A stretch of DNA of 64,000 nucleotides from Eledone cirrhosa (taxonomy: Eukaryota). Shown piece by piece: positions 33,128-45,600 of the stretch. How positions within the stretch are numbered: the stretch's first letter is position 1; each line of letters begins with the position of its first letter. The position numbers and the translations under genes are program-made. The notes beneath the pieces are model-generated. The model saw only the letters and a list, made by a program, of their open reading frames with translations, ran no database searches and was not told the DNA's origin. The DNA is taken from assembly GCA_964016885.1 (NCBI GenBank), contig OZ024746.1, positions 33,232,001-33,296,000 of the forward strand. Direction: 5' to 3'.

Positions 33128-36100
33128 TACGTGACGTATTCTATTCTATAGCGATTAGGTCTTCAAAATGTTTATTATAAACATACAGAATATTTTCGAA
33201 TATTCTATGTCTATATTCACATATATATCGCTATTTCAGAGCATTTATTCCAATTTCTAATTTCTGCCGGACCGGCAACCGCTCTTTCAAACCAGTTCCT
33301 GTACACAGCTAAGTATTCTATAAGTCTCTAGCTGTGTCATTCTCGATAAAAGCACTGGATATGTAGTCCTGATGAGTTCTAACGAGAATGAAACGCGTAG
33401 ATTACTTCCCTTGCTTTTATCGAGAATCTAATTGTAATACGTGACGTATTCTATTCTATAGCGATTAGGTCTTCAAAATGTTTATTATAAACATACAGAA
33501 TATTTTCGAATATTCTATGTCTATATTCACATATATATCGCTATTTCAGAGCATTTATTCCAATTTCTAATTTCTGCCGGACCGACAACCGCTCTTTCAA
33601 ACCAGTTCCTGTACACAGCTAAGTATTCTATAAGTCTCTAGCTGTGTCATTCTCGATAAAAGCACTGGATATGTAGTCCTGATGAGTTCTAACGAGAATG
33701 AAACGCGTAGATTACTTCCCTTGCTTTTATCGAGAATCTAATTGTAATACGTGACGTATTCTATTCTATAGCGATTAGGTCTTCAAAATGTTTATTATAA
33801 ACATACAGAATATTTTCGAATATTCTATGTCTATATTCACATATATATCGCTATTTCAGAGCATTTATTCCAATTTCTAATTTCTGCCGGACCGGCAACC
33901 GCTCTTTCAAACCAGTTCCTGTACACAGCTAAGTATTCTATAAGTCTCTAGCTGTGTCATTCTCGATAAAAGCACTGGATATGTAGTCCTGATGAGTTCT
34001 AACGAGAATGAAACGCGTAGATTACTTCCCTTGCTTTTATCGAGAATCTAATTGTAATACGTGACGTATTCTATTCTATAGCGATTAGGTCTTCAAAATG
34101 TTTATTATAAACATACAGAATATTTTCGAATATTCTATGTCTATATTCACATATATATCGCTATTTCAGAGCATTTATTCCAATTTCTAATTTCTGCCGG
34201 ACCGGCAACCGCTCTTTCAAACCAGTTCCTGTACACAGCTAAGTATTCTATAAGTCTCTAGCTGTGTCATTCTCGATAAAAGCACTGGATATGTAGTCCT
34301 GATGAGTTCTAACGAGAATGAAACGCGTAGATTACTTCCCTTGCTTTTATCGAGAATCTAATTGTAATACGTGACGTATTCTATTCTATAGCGATTAGGT
34401 CTTCAAAATGTTTATTATAAACATACAGAATATTTTCGAATATTCTATGTCTATATTCACATATATATCGCTATTTCAGAGCATTTATTCCAATTTCTAA
34501 TTTCTGCCGGACCGGCAACCGCTCTTTCAAACCAGTTCCTGTACACAGCTAAGTATTCTATAAGTCTCTAGCTGTGTCATTCTCGATAAAAGCACTGGAT
34601 ATGTAGTCCTGATGAGTTCTAACGAGAATGAAACGCGTAGATTACTTCCCTTGCTTTTATCGAGAATCTAATTGTAATACGTGACGTATTCTATTCTATA
34701 GCGATTAGGTCTTCAAAATGTTTATTATAAACATACAGAATATTTTCGAATATTCTATGTCTATATTCACATATATATCGCTATTTCAGAGCATTTATTC
34801 CAATTTCTAATTTCTGCCGGACCGGCAACCGCTCTTTCAAACCAGTTCCTGTACACAGCTAAGTATTCTATAAGTCTCTAGCTGTGTCATTCTCGATAAA
34901 AGCACTGGATATGTAGTCCTGATGAGTTCTAACGAGAATGAAACGCGTAGATTACTTCCCTTGCTTTTATCGAGAATCTAATTGTAATACGTGACGTATT
35001 CTATTCTATAGCGATTAGGTCTTCAAAATGTTTATTATAAACATACAGAATATTTTCGAATATTCTATGTCTATATTCACATATATATCGCTATTTCAGA
35101 GCATTTATTCCAATTTCTAATTTCTGCCGGACCGGCAACCGCTCTTTCAAACCAGTTCCTGTACACAGCTAAGTATTCTATAAGTCTCTAGCTGTGTCAT
35201 TCTCGATAAAAGCACTGGATATGTAGTCCTGATGAGTTCTAACGAGAATGAAACGCGTAGATTACTTCCCTTGCTTTTATCGAGAATCTAATTGTAATAC
35301 GTGACGTATTCTATTCTATAGCGATTAGGTCTTCAAAATGTTTATTATAAACATACAGAATATTTTCGAATATTCTATGTCTATATTCACATATATATCG
35401 CTATTTCAGAGCATTTATTCCAATTTCTAATTTCTGCCGGACCGGCAACCGCTCTTTCAAACCAGTTCCTGTACACAGCTAAGTATTCTATAAGTCTCTA
35501 GCTGTGTCATTCTCGATAAAAGCACTGGATATGTAGTCCTGATGAGTTCTAACGAGAATGAAACGCGTAGATTACTTCCCTTGCTTTTATCGAGAATCTA
35601 ATTGTAATACGTGACGTATTCTATTCTATAGCGATTAGGTCTTCAAAATGTTTATTATAAACATACAGAATATTTTCGAATATTCTATGTCTATATTCAC
35701 ATATATATCGCTATTTCAGAGCATTTATTCCAATTTCTAATTTCTGCCGGACCGGCAACCGCTCTTTCAAACCAGTTCCTGTACACAGCTAAGTATTCTA
35801 TAAGTCTCTAGCTGTGTCATTCTCGATAAAAGCACTGGATATGTAGTCCTGATGAGTTCTAACGAGAATGAAACGCGTAGATTACTTCCCTTGCTTTTAT
35901 CGAGAATCTAATTGTAATACGTGACGTATTCTATTCTATAGCGATTAGGTCTTCAAAATGTTTATTATAAACATACAGAATATTTTCGAATATTCTATGT
36001 CTATATTCACATATATATCGCTATTTCAGAGCATTTATTCCAATTTCTAATTTCTGCCGGACCGGCAACCGCTCTTTCAAACCAGTTCCTGTACACAGCT

Positions 36101-36356
36101 AAGTATTCTATAAGTCTCTAGCTGTGTCATTCTCGATAAAAGCACTGGATATGTAGTCCTGATGAGTTCTAACGAGAATGAAACGCGTAGATTACTTCCC
36201 TTGCTTTTATCGAGAATCTAATTGTAATACGTGACGTATTCTATTCTATAGCGATTAGGTCTTCAAAATGTTTATTATAAACATACAGAATATTTTCGAA
36301 TATTCTATGTCTATATTCACATATATATCGCTATTTCAGAGCATTTATTCCAATTT
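33128..36356 (+). repeat. Tandem array of a 310-bp unit (10 full copies plus a partial), each with an HHR; non-LTR retrozyme-like
   Basis: GTGACGTATT at 33131, 33441, 33751, 34061, 34371, 34681, 34991, 35301, 35611, 35921 and 36231; only one substitution noticed (G>A at 33585). Confidence 0.98.
33339..33427 (+). ncRNA. Type I hammerhead ribozyme, first of 10 copies (repeats every 310 bp)
   Basis: GUAGUC-CUGAUGA-GUUCU aacg AGAAU-GAAAC gc GUA/GAUUAC; stem I extended by AUUCUCGAUAAAAGCA/UGCUUUUAUCGAGAAU; predicted cleavage after 33399, 33709, ... 36189. Confidence 0.92.
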
Positions 36357-36389
36357 ATAATTAATATATTTATTATAACAAATATTTTA

Positions 36390-36541
36390 AAAAGTGGCCG
36401 GTGTACGGTTTGAAGGAGTGACCGGTTTTGTAAAGAAAGATTATATTAATTTTAACACCATTTTGCCAGGACTTTTTAAAACAACCACTTAAGAGTGGTG
36501 GTCGGTTTTATGATGGACCGGTTTAGAGAGGTCTTACTGTA
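36390..36541. mobile_element. Tc1/pogo-like DNA transposon end
   Basis: Ends ...AGAGGTCTTACTG|TA (CAGT terminus plus TA target) with GGCCGG/GACCGG subrepeats; partner end not found. Confidence 0.45.
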
Positions 36542-36591
36542 TAGTATAGTATCTATCAATTGACAGCAAGTCGCTAAATACATAGATTAGC

Positions 36592-36659
36592 AAGGGCCCC
36601 CTATACTCGTGGGGCCCCCGGGCAACTTCCCAGCGTGCCCATGCGTTAAGACGGCCCTG
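36592..36659. mobile_element. GC-rich MITE-like terminus
   Basis: Reverse complement begins CAGGGCCGTCTTAACGCATGGGCACGCTGGG; single end only. Confidence 0.4.
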
Positions 36660-37390
36660 CGCCCAGGGTCACCCCGAGAACGTCGTCGCTCTTTCCCTCC
36701 ACTAGCCCTCTATAGAACGCCGAGGTGGATGTTCCACCGATACTAGTGCTGGTAGAAGGCGATGAGCGCTTGCAAACATTCCAGCTTCAAAGCGGTACCC
36801 CTCGGTCTTTTCCTGATCCAGGACTGCAGCTCCGTCAAGGAGACGAGCTGGGGAAAAGCGCGTCTGCCAAACGGCGACCACACATGTTCACCGTCAAGGA
36901 AGCACCAGAGATGTCGCAGCCACAGCGCATGTTTGCGCATCATCATCCACGGCATGCCTAGTCCTCCACGCAACACGTGTTGACAGCAAATGGATCGTGT
37001 GACCATGGGAGCACGTCTATTCCTTAAAAAGCGGAAGAAAAGGCGTTTCATTTTGGTCAGAGTTGGGCGGGGGCGAGGTACGACGGTCAGGCGGTAGCAG
37101 ATGACGGACGCAATGTACGCATTCGCCATCTCCGCCCGACCTTTCAGAGACAGCCTCCTCTCGGCCCATTTCTTGGTGAGAGAGACCACCCTGCTCGGCA
37201 CCTCGCTCCATTCTTTCTCCATCTGGAGGTCCGGACCGAGCAATTTAACCGGTCCGTCCGTCCAGCACTCCACGACGCTGCCGGACGTCATGGATTTGCC
37301 TCTCCAAGTGCCGAGTTGCAAGCCCACCAACTTTTTCTGGTTTATCTTTGCTCCTGCCACCGCTTCGTATTCCTTGTCACTACGGTGACA
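36660..37390 (-). mobile_element. L1/Tx1-clade LINE ORF2 fragment (post-RT region)
   Basis: YEAVAGAKINQKK, RLSLKGRAEMANAYIASVICYRLTVVP, FFRFL, GGLGMP in ORF 36743-37603. Confidence 0.8.
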
Positions 37391-38337
37391 TAAACGGCGT
37401 AAGCTGACACAGATCTCCCGCATCCCAGTTTGCGTGGGACCCCACTCATCGTCTCCAATTTGTGCAGTAACGGCTCGAGGGCTAGTCACGCACTGGGATC
37501 GATTTAATCGACTTTCCCCTCCCCCAAAATTGCTGGCCTTGTGCCTATATAAGAAACCATTATTATTATTATTATAGTTAATTGTGGAATGGTATACAAA
37601 CATTTGAGGTTAGCAACGATTTTCATAGATTGCTCAAATAATGCCAAAACCTCCTCCAAAATTGTTATTTGCTAGAACGTGCCAATCTCACTACATGAAA
37701 GCATCATGTACTATCTCTTAAAAAAATGGTTTTGTATCAGTAATATCATTCCAATTATAAATGGAATAATTGATATGTTTCATATATGTCATAGTAATTA
37801 TGTTAAATTGTTAAGTCAAATCCGAAACATCTCTTTTCGCATATAGATAAAAATAATTATAGTCATTTTGTATATTTTTTATAAATTAGAGGAAAGAAAA
37901 CATTATTGTCATTTCTGTCATATTAGATGATATAATGTTTGATAGATTTTAGCCGTATGATACATTTCCAGACAGTTTTATTTTGTATTTCTCTAAAACT
38001 GGTGTGTGTAAAATAAAAATAAAAATTATAATAATAATACCATTGTCAGAGCTTAAGAATTGAAAAAATGAGGAAATACGCATAATCATATACATAAGTA
38101 TATATACATACTTTTTTCGTTTTTTTTCTTTACTCTACTCGTTGGAATGTGGCCATGCTGAGATAGATACGTGAAGAGATTGATCGTTTAATAATGTGTA
38201 TTAATAAAGAATATGAGAGTAATTATACATACACAATAACAGCAACTTTTGTCCAGTTTTTGAGTAATCACTATCCGATAGGCGAATATCTTTCACATTC
38301 CATTACATAATTATTGTTGTTATTAAATATATATTTA

Positions 38338-38748
38338 GGGTGGTGGATTAGCAGTATCGGTAGAAGGTCGGACAACATGCTTTGCAGTATAGAGTTACGG
38401 CCTTTTACCTTCTGAGTTCAAATCCCGCCGAGGTTAGCTTTGCCTTTCATCATTACGGGGTCGATAAATAAAGTGCCAGCAATGCACTAGGGCCGATTTA
38501 ATCGACTTCCTCCTCCCCCAAAATTATTCGCCTTGTACTCAAATCAGAAACCATTATTAGGTGGATTGGCAGTATTGGTAGAGGGTCGGACGCCATGCTT
38601 TGCAGCAAAGAGTTACGTCCCTTTATGGTCTGAGTTCAAATCCCGCCGAGGTTAACTTTGCCTTTCATCCTTACGGTGTCGATAAAATAAAGCACCAGTA
38701 ATACTCTGGGGTAATTGCTGGCCTTGTGCCAAATGTAGAAACAATTAT
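38338..38748 (+). mobile_element. Two head-to-tail tRNA/Nin-type SINEs
   Basis: GGTGGATT(A/G)GCAGTAT at about 38340 and 38560; the two copies have different 3' tail variants. Confidence 0.85.
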
Positions 38749-40015
38749 TAAATATTTATTTATCATGGACTTAAAGGACTCTAAAATTTTAGATATACAA
38801 GGATAATAGAATGCCATGACCAAATATTTGTCTTTTATATTCGGCAATGAAATAAACACTTTATTTACAGCATAAGTATTGTTAAATACAGCTGGCCATG
38901 ACAGGACTCTCGTATTAGTTGTTAATGTACGCTCAATGTCGCCTGTTTCTTCCTTCAGAAGCAAAGTGGACATATATTCATTCATAGAGGAATCGAAATA
39001 ACACCCACCTAGTAAATTGGAACCCCGGGGACCTAATACTTTGTGAATGCCGTCGTAACTGCATTCGTTGTTTCTATTGAGCTCACATTCAAGGTAAACC
39101 AGCTAGCGACATAACACTTTAAAGAATACATATGGGATGGACTGCAGAACGAGATTAATCTAACCCTGGGGATAAACACCTTTCTGGCGAAAATTAGGAA
39201 GATATTTAAAGCAATGATATGAGCCCTGTTTATTTTAAACTGTGTAAATATGTACGTTAATACTCTTATATCCTAAGATGAGACTACGAATGTGTTGAAT
39301 GGTTAGGATTTCATTTATGTGCATTATGTGCTGGGCCTAGTTTCAATATTTCTACGAGGAATCTTCTGAAAATGCCATGTACTATAGCTTCATGTCAAAG
39401 CTGTACTACAAATGTGTAGGTTGAAACTGTTTGCAAGTTGAAATTCTGTGGTGATATCATGAAGATCACATTCGCCTGTGGAACACTCAGCAATTGAAAC
39501 CTATATTTCTGGAACTGTTCGCTCTGGTGATGAAAGGTACACATATAATCACAAACACTTGACTACTCTGGTAGTTAGTCATATCTTTAGACGATTTTGT
39601 GTATGAATAAGATTGACGAGATATTGAAGAAAAAGAGAGAGTGAGCGAAAGTAACTTTGGTATGGCACGTTTATCCTTTGATATTTAAAAATATAGTTTT
39701 GATACCAGATTTTCCTCTACGGTGTCATTCAACTGTCATGTATTTTCTCATTTTTATCATATTCCTTTTTATGAGACAATTTGCGAAGTCTCTTTTATCA
39801 ACTTCTATGAGCATTCGCCTGTAGGTACAATTGACAGCTACAGCTAGCAATGATAGAGACTTAGTTCATGAAACCATTAGTTACAAATGAAATACCCTAT
39901 GTACGAATCATACTATATACATATACAAATATATATATATATATATGCGTATTTATATATAGAGATATATAATGTATGAAGATATAAGTATATACATATA
40001 TTTGTGTATATATGT

Positions 40016-40046
<31 letters not shown>

Positions 40047-40555
40047 CAGAAATACATACAAGCGTACACACACGTGCAGACACATACGCCACACAGAAAT
40101 AAGTGACTGAGTGTTTGTATGAATGCTTGTGTGCGTGTCTATCAGTGGGTTTGGCTGATATAATGCATTGCAATAGAAGAGAATAATAGCTCTTTGAATT
40201 TTACTGTCTCTATTTGATATACTGTTGTTAATTATAAAGGCAAAAGTTTAAAATATCATCTAAAAGTGCCGTCATAACGATAGAATATTAGGACATTTTA
40301 TTAGCACGATGATCTCTCTACAATTGTGAACATCACAATTGTTTTGAAGTAGTTTCTAGAAACGATAACTTATAGAGAAGAGAAAAATCAATAACATTAA
40401 CAAAAACAAGCAAGTATAATATAACAAGATTGCAAATCATAGGTATAAATATACAGCTACTAATAGCAGACACGTATAGTTATATAACAAAATAGATTGA
40501 TACATAAATCAGAACAGGTCTACATCACATATATAGGTATATATTGAATCACATA

Positions 40556-40610
<55 letters not shown>

Positions 40611-40695
40611 TATATATATATATATTCATAGGTATGTATATATTGAATCATACACACTATATATGTGTGTGTATGAATATATATATATATATTAA

Positions 40696-40905
40696 TCCTT
40701 TAACGTTCAAACCGGCCAGAATTCTCTACCTCTTTCTGTTGAAACTGGCTGTAACTGGTCGCTCAAACTGATGTTAAGGTATTGTTCACAAAATAAATAC
40801 TTTCAAAATCCCATAGATTCGATATTATGTGAGATAATTATATAAGGTAAAGCCTTTAACATGAAAATATAATAGTATATATAAAATAATGTGAATGCTA
40901 AAGGG
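40696..40905. mobile_element. piggyBac-like MITE
   Basis: TTAA-TCCTTTAACGTTCA ... TGAATGCTAAAGGG-TTAA: imperfect TIRs with TTAA target duplication. Confidence 0.7.
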
Positions 40906-41020
40906 TTAAAAGAGAGAGAAAAAAGCGGTAGAGAGTAAGAGAAAGTGAAAAAGTCAATTTGAGGAAGGGTGTGAAAGGGAGAGGAAGATAGGGAGCGAAA
41001 TACATCGTCTGTAAGTAATA

Positions 41021-41132
41021 TACAGGTAAAATCCCGTTATAACGAGTACCATTATAACGAATTTGAGTATAACGAAATTCTCTTCAATCCCCAGCCACAC
41101 GCTCGATGTGTTTCGCCCGATCTCGTTATAAA
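41021..41132. mobile_element. pogo/Tigger-like transposon end
   Basis: TA-CAGGTAAAATCCCGTTATAACG with three TATAACGA subrepeats. Confidence 0.5.
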
Positions 41133-41389
41133 GAATTTGTCCTTACAAAAATGTTAGCTTTTCCCGTTTTATTCAGGTTTCTTTTTACATGGTCAGCAAT
41201 AGTCCAGCCTTTATTGAACATGCCTATAGTCGGTGATATTCTAAATACAACCCTATTCTAATTAGAAGTGTATCAAGTACGAAATTTTCTAATGAGCTTG
41301 TGTCTACTTATTTAATAATTCGGTGTTACCTGGGAAAGATTTGGCTGCTATTACTAGAATATCCAATGTCCATTTAAACTATCCCGTCT

Positions 41390-41604
41390 CAGCCAATTTC
41401 CATGGGGTTGAGCAAATGCATACAAACATTTGAGGTTGGTGTTAGGAAGGACATCCAGCTGTAGAAATCAAACCAGAATCAGTTCCTATATGAGCAAGAC
41501 AAGGTCAGTCGACCGGACACTGCCCACAACAGGACAACCCGTCTAACCCATGCTAGCGTGGAAGAAAGGACGTAAAATGGTGACGATGATGATGATGATG
41601 ATGA
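41390..41604 (+). mobile_element. SINE/LINE 3' portion with (GAT)n tail
   Basis: GGTTGGTGTTAGGAAGGACATCCAGCTGTAGAAA...AACCCATGCTAGCGTGGAA...GGACGTAAAATG(GAT)n. Confidence 0.6.
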
Positions 41605-42569
41605 CATATTCCACATTGTTCATCGTCTCGAATACTTTGACAAGGAATTCCAATAGGTTATAGATAAGATTGAGAAGCTTCACCTTTCACCCGTATTCGT
41701 TTTACTGCAGAGTGAAAGGGTAAAAGATAAAACGACGAGCATTTCTCAAGGAAACGACCTGTCAATTGAATAAATTAATATATGATCCTGATCCCAACAT
41801 TCTAACTTGACCACATGCCTAGTGCTAAGAATTTCTATCGTATTCCAGAGTGGTAAGGTTGAGGAAATATAGAATTATCTTCAGACATTCAATCATAAAA
41901 TTTGAAATAATCTAGAAGTAGTAAAGAGATGGGCGCTGCACCTTGGTAACCGCTTTCGAAATATGGGTGAGTATTGAACAGCCTATTTTCAACATGAGCA
42001 TGTAGGCGGAATTTACAGCTGTCTGATAGTGAACATGATGTTGATCATGTGGGATTATTTCATTGGTGCTAGATTGTTGCTGTCCCTGTATCTTGACATT
42101 GCATTTCAATCATTTTGTATATATTTTTTCTGAGGGTGTTTCCGTCGATTCTGCGTAAAATATTGTTATTGTTATTATTACTTTCATTTCGCTTTATATA
42201 CAATGACTACCGAGTATCGATCTCATGGCTGGGGCAGGCACCGTTGGGTTTGACAGTTTTTCGATAGTTTGATTTTCATTTTTCCTTCTTCACATTCACA
42301 TATTAAGTCACATCAGAAAAGTTGATAGGTAAATAAGTTTTTAAAAAATGAGAAAATAAATATAGAAAATTAGAAGTCGGAGGAGATAAAAAGAAGTATT
42401 AAGAAGTATAAAATATATGAGGTAATTTTGAATTAATTATATTTGAATGGTGTTAAATATCAATTAAATTTAATATAAAAATGTAAAAAAGAATTGTTTG
42501 TTGACATATTACAAAGAAAAATTTAAAAAAGTGATCTATCATTTAGATCTATCATTTGTATTTCATAGG

Positions 42570-44760
42570 TGATAGCCTTACCAGGTATGTTTTTCTAGGA
42601 ACATCAGACCACCTGCCTTTATGACACCTAGTGTATCTAGCATTACCGGAATATTTTGGGTTATATGGGGCCACATGCGGTTTATCTCAATTTCTACATA
42701 TTTGGAAGTTTTCCATAAACATTTGCTGACACCTTTCTAATATTCCTGTCAATGAGTAAGTAGGTCTTGTTTTTAAAATCAATAATACTAACATCAGGGT
42801 GGTTTGCGTTAATAGTACGATCTGTGTGAATGGTAAAGTCTCGAATGATTGATAGTCTTTCAGTTTCAATTACTGGTTGGGTTTGCGTTCATGTTAGTCT
42901 CTATATTTTCTATATTGTATTGTTTCAGTGGATGTATTGCCCCACCCTACTATCATATCTAAACTTATACTCAGTTGGTGCTAGTGTGGGGTATCCTGAT
43001 ATATCGTTAATTCTTTCAAGTTGTACAACACATATCCTGCATTTGGGGATCTGCTCCGTTTCTGAGAATAGTTGCCTGGTAATTCCTATAAAAAGGTTTT
43101 TTAGACATTCTAACTTTGACATGCTTCTGTAGATCTTTGCTGACCTAGTTGGAATTAAGTCAGTTCCAACGGTTCGTTGTATGTCTTCAGTTTATAGATT
43201 TTTACTGTACCTTGCTGCCTCTTTGTGTACTAAATGGAGTTTATTTTGGTTTTCTTGATTTCATACTAACACCATCATCCAGTTATCGGTGCTCTTTGGG
43301 TACGTTTGTAAGCATATGAAAGCTGTAATTTTGTACGTTTCAAGGGCTTCCAAGAACCTTTCATGGGATACATTGATGGGATTTTCCATAACCAATCCAA
43401 GCAGTGCTTAGATTCTTTTTGGGCCGTCAATTTTCTCAAATCATCTTATTAATTGATAGTTGGTCTTTGCACCCATGTGTGATCTGCTTTATTACATTTT
43501 GTTCTAGTGGAATGATTTCATTTCATTAAGGTATATCCGCTCAGTTAATATAGATCTCATGCATTTGTAAGTCGTAGTGAGACAGGTTATCATCTTATAA
43601 CTTTTTTTGCTACAGCTGTTTTTTTGGGAGGAAGCGAGGTATATTATGCCTTTTGTTCACCTTTTCGGAATTACGTTTGGGCTTTGTATTATGGATGTAA
43701 TTTCATCAGCAAGTTATTCATGCATACATATAAGTGCATTTAGCCAAACGCTATGGATTTGGTCTATTCCAGTTAATGTCCATTTATGTACTTTACTAAG
43801 TGCCTGGCTTCGTTCTCGCAGCTCTATTTCTTGCATTTCTTGATCGTTAATATCTCTCTATTTCTTCTCTATTACTCCATTCAGCTTCTTTATTATATTG
43901 TTTAACATTGCTCCATATATTTGCCAGAATTGTTGAACATCGTTCATGTTTCTTCATTCCTTAACCTCCACTGGGTGTTTCTCTATTTGCTGGTAAAATC
44001 TCTTTGCATTAGTTTCAAAGATATTATTTGGTTAGTAGAACTTGTTTCTCTTATCATATCGTCTAACTCTCTGTATTTTGACCTAGATGCGCTGTTACAG
44101 AGTCTCTATAGAGTTCAATATATCCTCTTAATCTGTAACCTTATACTTTCTTCTAACTTTTCTTGCTTTTCTATTCTTTACCTTTACACACTTGGCTAGT
44201 TCTTCGACTATTGACATTTCACCTCTCATGTTATTCATTTCTTTCTGTTTAGGTTGCTTATGAACATGTCTGGTTTTCTTTTTCTTAATTTCAAGACCAA
44301 TTTTACAACTTATATCTTTATATGTAGAGTATATGAGATTGTTAAGAGGGTTCAATTCGTTTTCACCTTCTGAAATCTCCTCCATTGCATTCTTGTAAAT
44401 TTTTAACTAGTGAAAACTATTCTTGTTATTTTGAAACGAAGGTAGTTTGACTCTGTCCTTCACATGGTGCATAAGATTTTACTTAATTCTCTAACAACGA
44501 CTTCATTGGCTTCTGCAATGTTTTGTGCATTGCCTTTTAAAATTCTGTGATCATTTTCATTAACCTCAGCAGCTGGTTCCTTAAGTTGTTCTTTACCAAC
44601 ATTTCTATTCTCCCCTATTTCCTTATTCTTCTCGTTGACTTCTTCTTCCGATAAGTTATCAATTGTTACTGTCAGAGTCCTGATACTGTTAGGCTGTATT
44701 GGTATTTTTGGCTTTCTGTTTTTACATTATGTTTTTATCTCTTTTAATTTAATCAGTGTC
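42570..44760 (-). mobile_element. Decayed R4/Dong-clade non-LTR retrotransposon (RT motifs, CCHC knuckle, restriction-like endonuclease)
   Basis: Minus strand: KVHKWTLTGIDQI, YKMITCLTTTYK, GCKDQL, LSTAWIGY, KCRIC..LAPTEYK..VGQYIH, DFTIHTDRTINANHPDV; many disablements; central RT region appears deleted. Confidence 0.8.
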
Positions 44761-45495
44761 AATTTGTTATTACTTACTATAATGAATGTGGCTATAATGA
44801 ATGTGGCTATAATGAATGTGGCTAGAACCAGTCACTGTGAAGGTCCCTCGCCCGGTATGTTTGGAATTCCCAGCAACACGGGAAGTGATCTTGTTTAGGA
44901 GATTCGTTACCAATCAACAGATCACATACAGAATTTACGGGCAACTATACTCAAATGGACGAAGGGAGAGTACGCTACACTGATTGAAAGCTATGAAAGA
45001 GCAAATATGGAAGGAAGTCGTGGAGTAGGAGAACGTACTGTGGATTTTTGGAAAAGAGCATGTTTGATGAGTCAGAAAGAAAACTAATTAAACAACTGAT
45101 AGTTATTAGAATGAAGGGCTGATTACCTGAGGTTGAGATATCTCGGATTAGTGAATGTTTAAAGGAATCTGCAGGTGAATAACAAAGGGAGGTTAGAGCA
45201 GAAGCTGAAGCCGCCTCTAAGGTTGAATACGGAGAGAAAAATGGGCAATATGAGTAGGGAGATCAAATCACGTCTAGATCATGTTTGCATTTCATCATAG
45301 TGATCGATAAATAAACTACCAGCTCAGTATAGTGGCTGTTTTTTCTTATTTATCTCTTTCCCTTCATTGGAAGTAAACGTTTCACCCCACCTGGAGAGTG
45401 ATAATGCTCTCCAGAAAGTCTATATGCACAAGAAGTTGCGTGTGTCAGGTGGGTGATACGACAAGTGTATCAATAGTTATAGGCTTGTCATCTTC

Positions 45496-45540
<45 letters not shown>

Positions 45541-45600
45541 TTTAGGACTTGTAAAAACCCACCCACCAACCCACTATTAGATGCATTTGAGCAGGACCTT

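Noticed and set aside
33131-33440. Second (antisense) ribozyme in the 310-bp unit
   Set aside because: No TCNTCAG on the plus strand, so there is no minus-strand HHR core; other ribozyme classes were not recognisable by eye
33128-36356. Array as CRISPR, 5S/tRNA cluster or coding repeat
   Set aside because: No variable spacers, no Pol III boxes or cloverleaf, no ORF; the HHR explains the structure
45370-45500. Hairpin-rich segment ending GAAACGUUU on the minus strand
   Set aside because: No CUGANGA core or stem I could be placed
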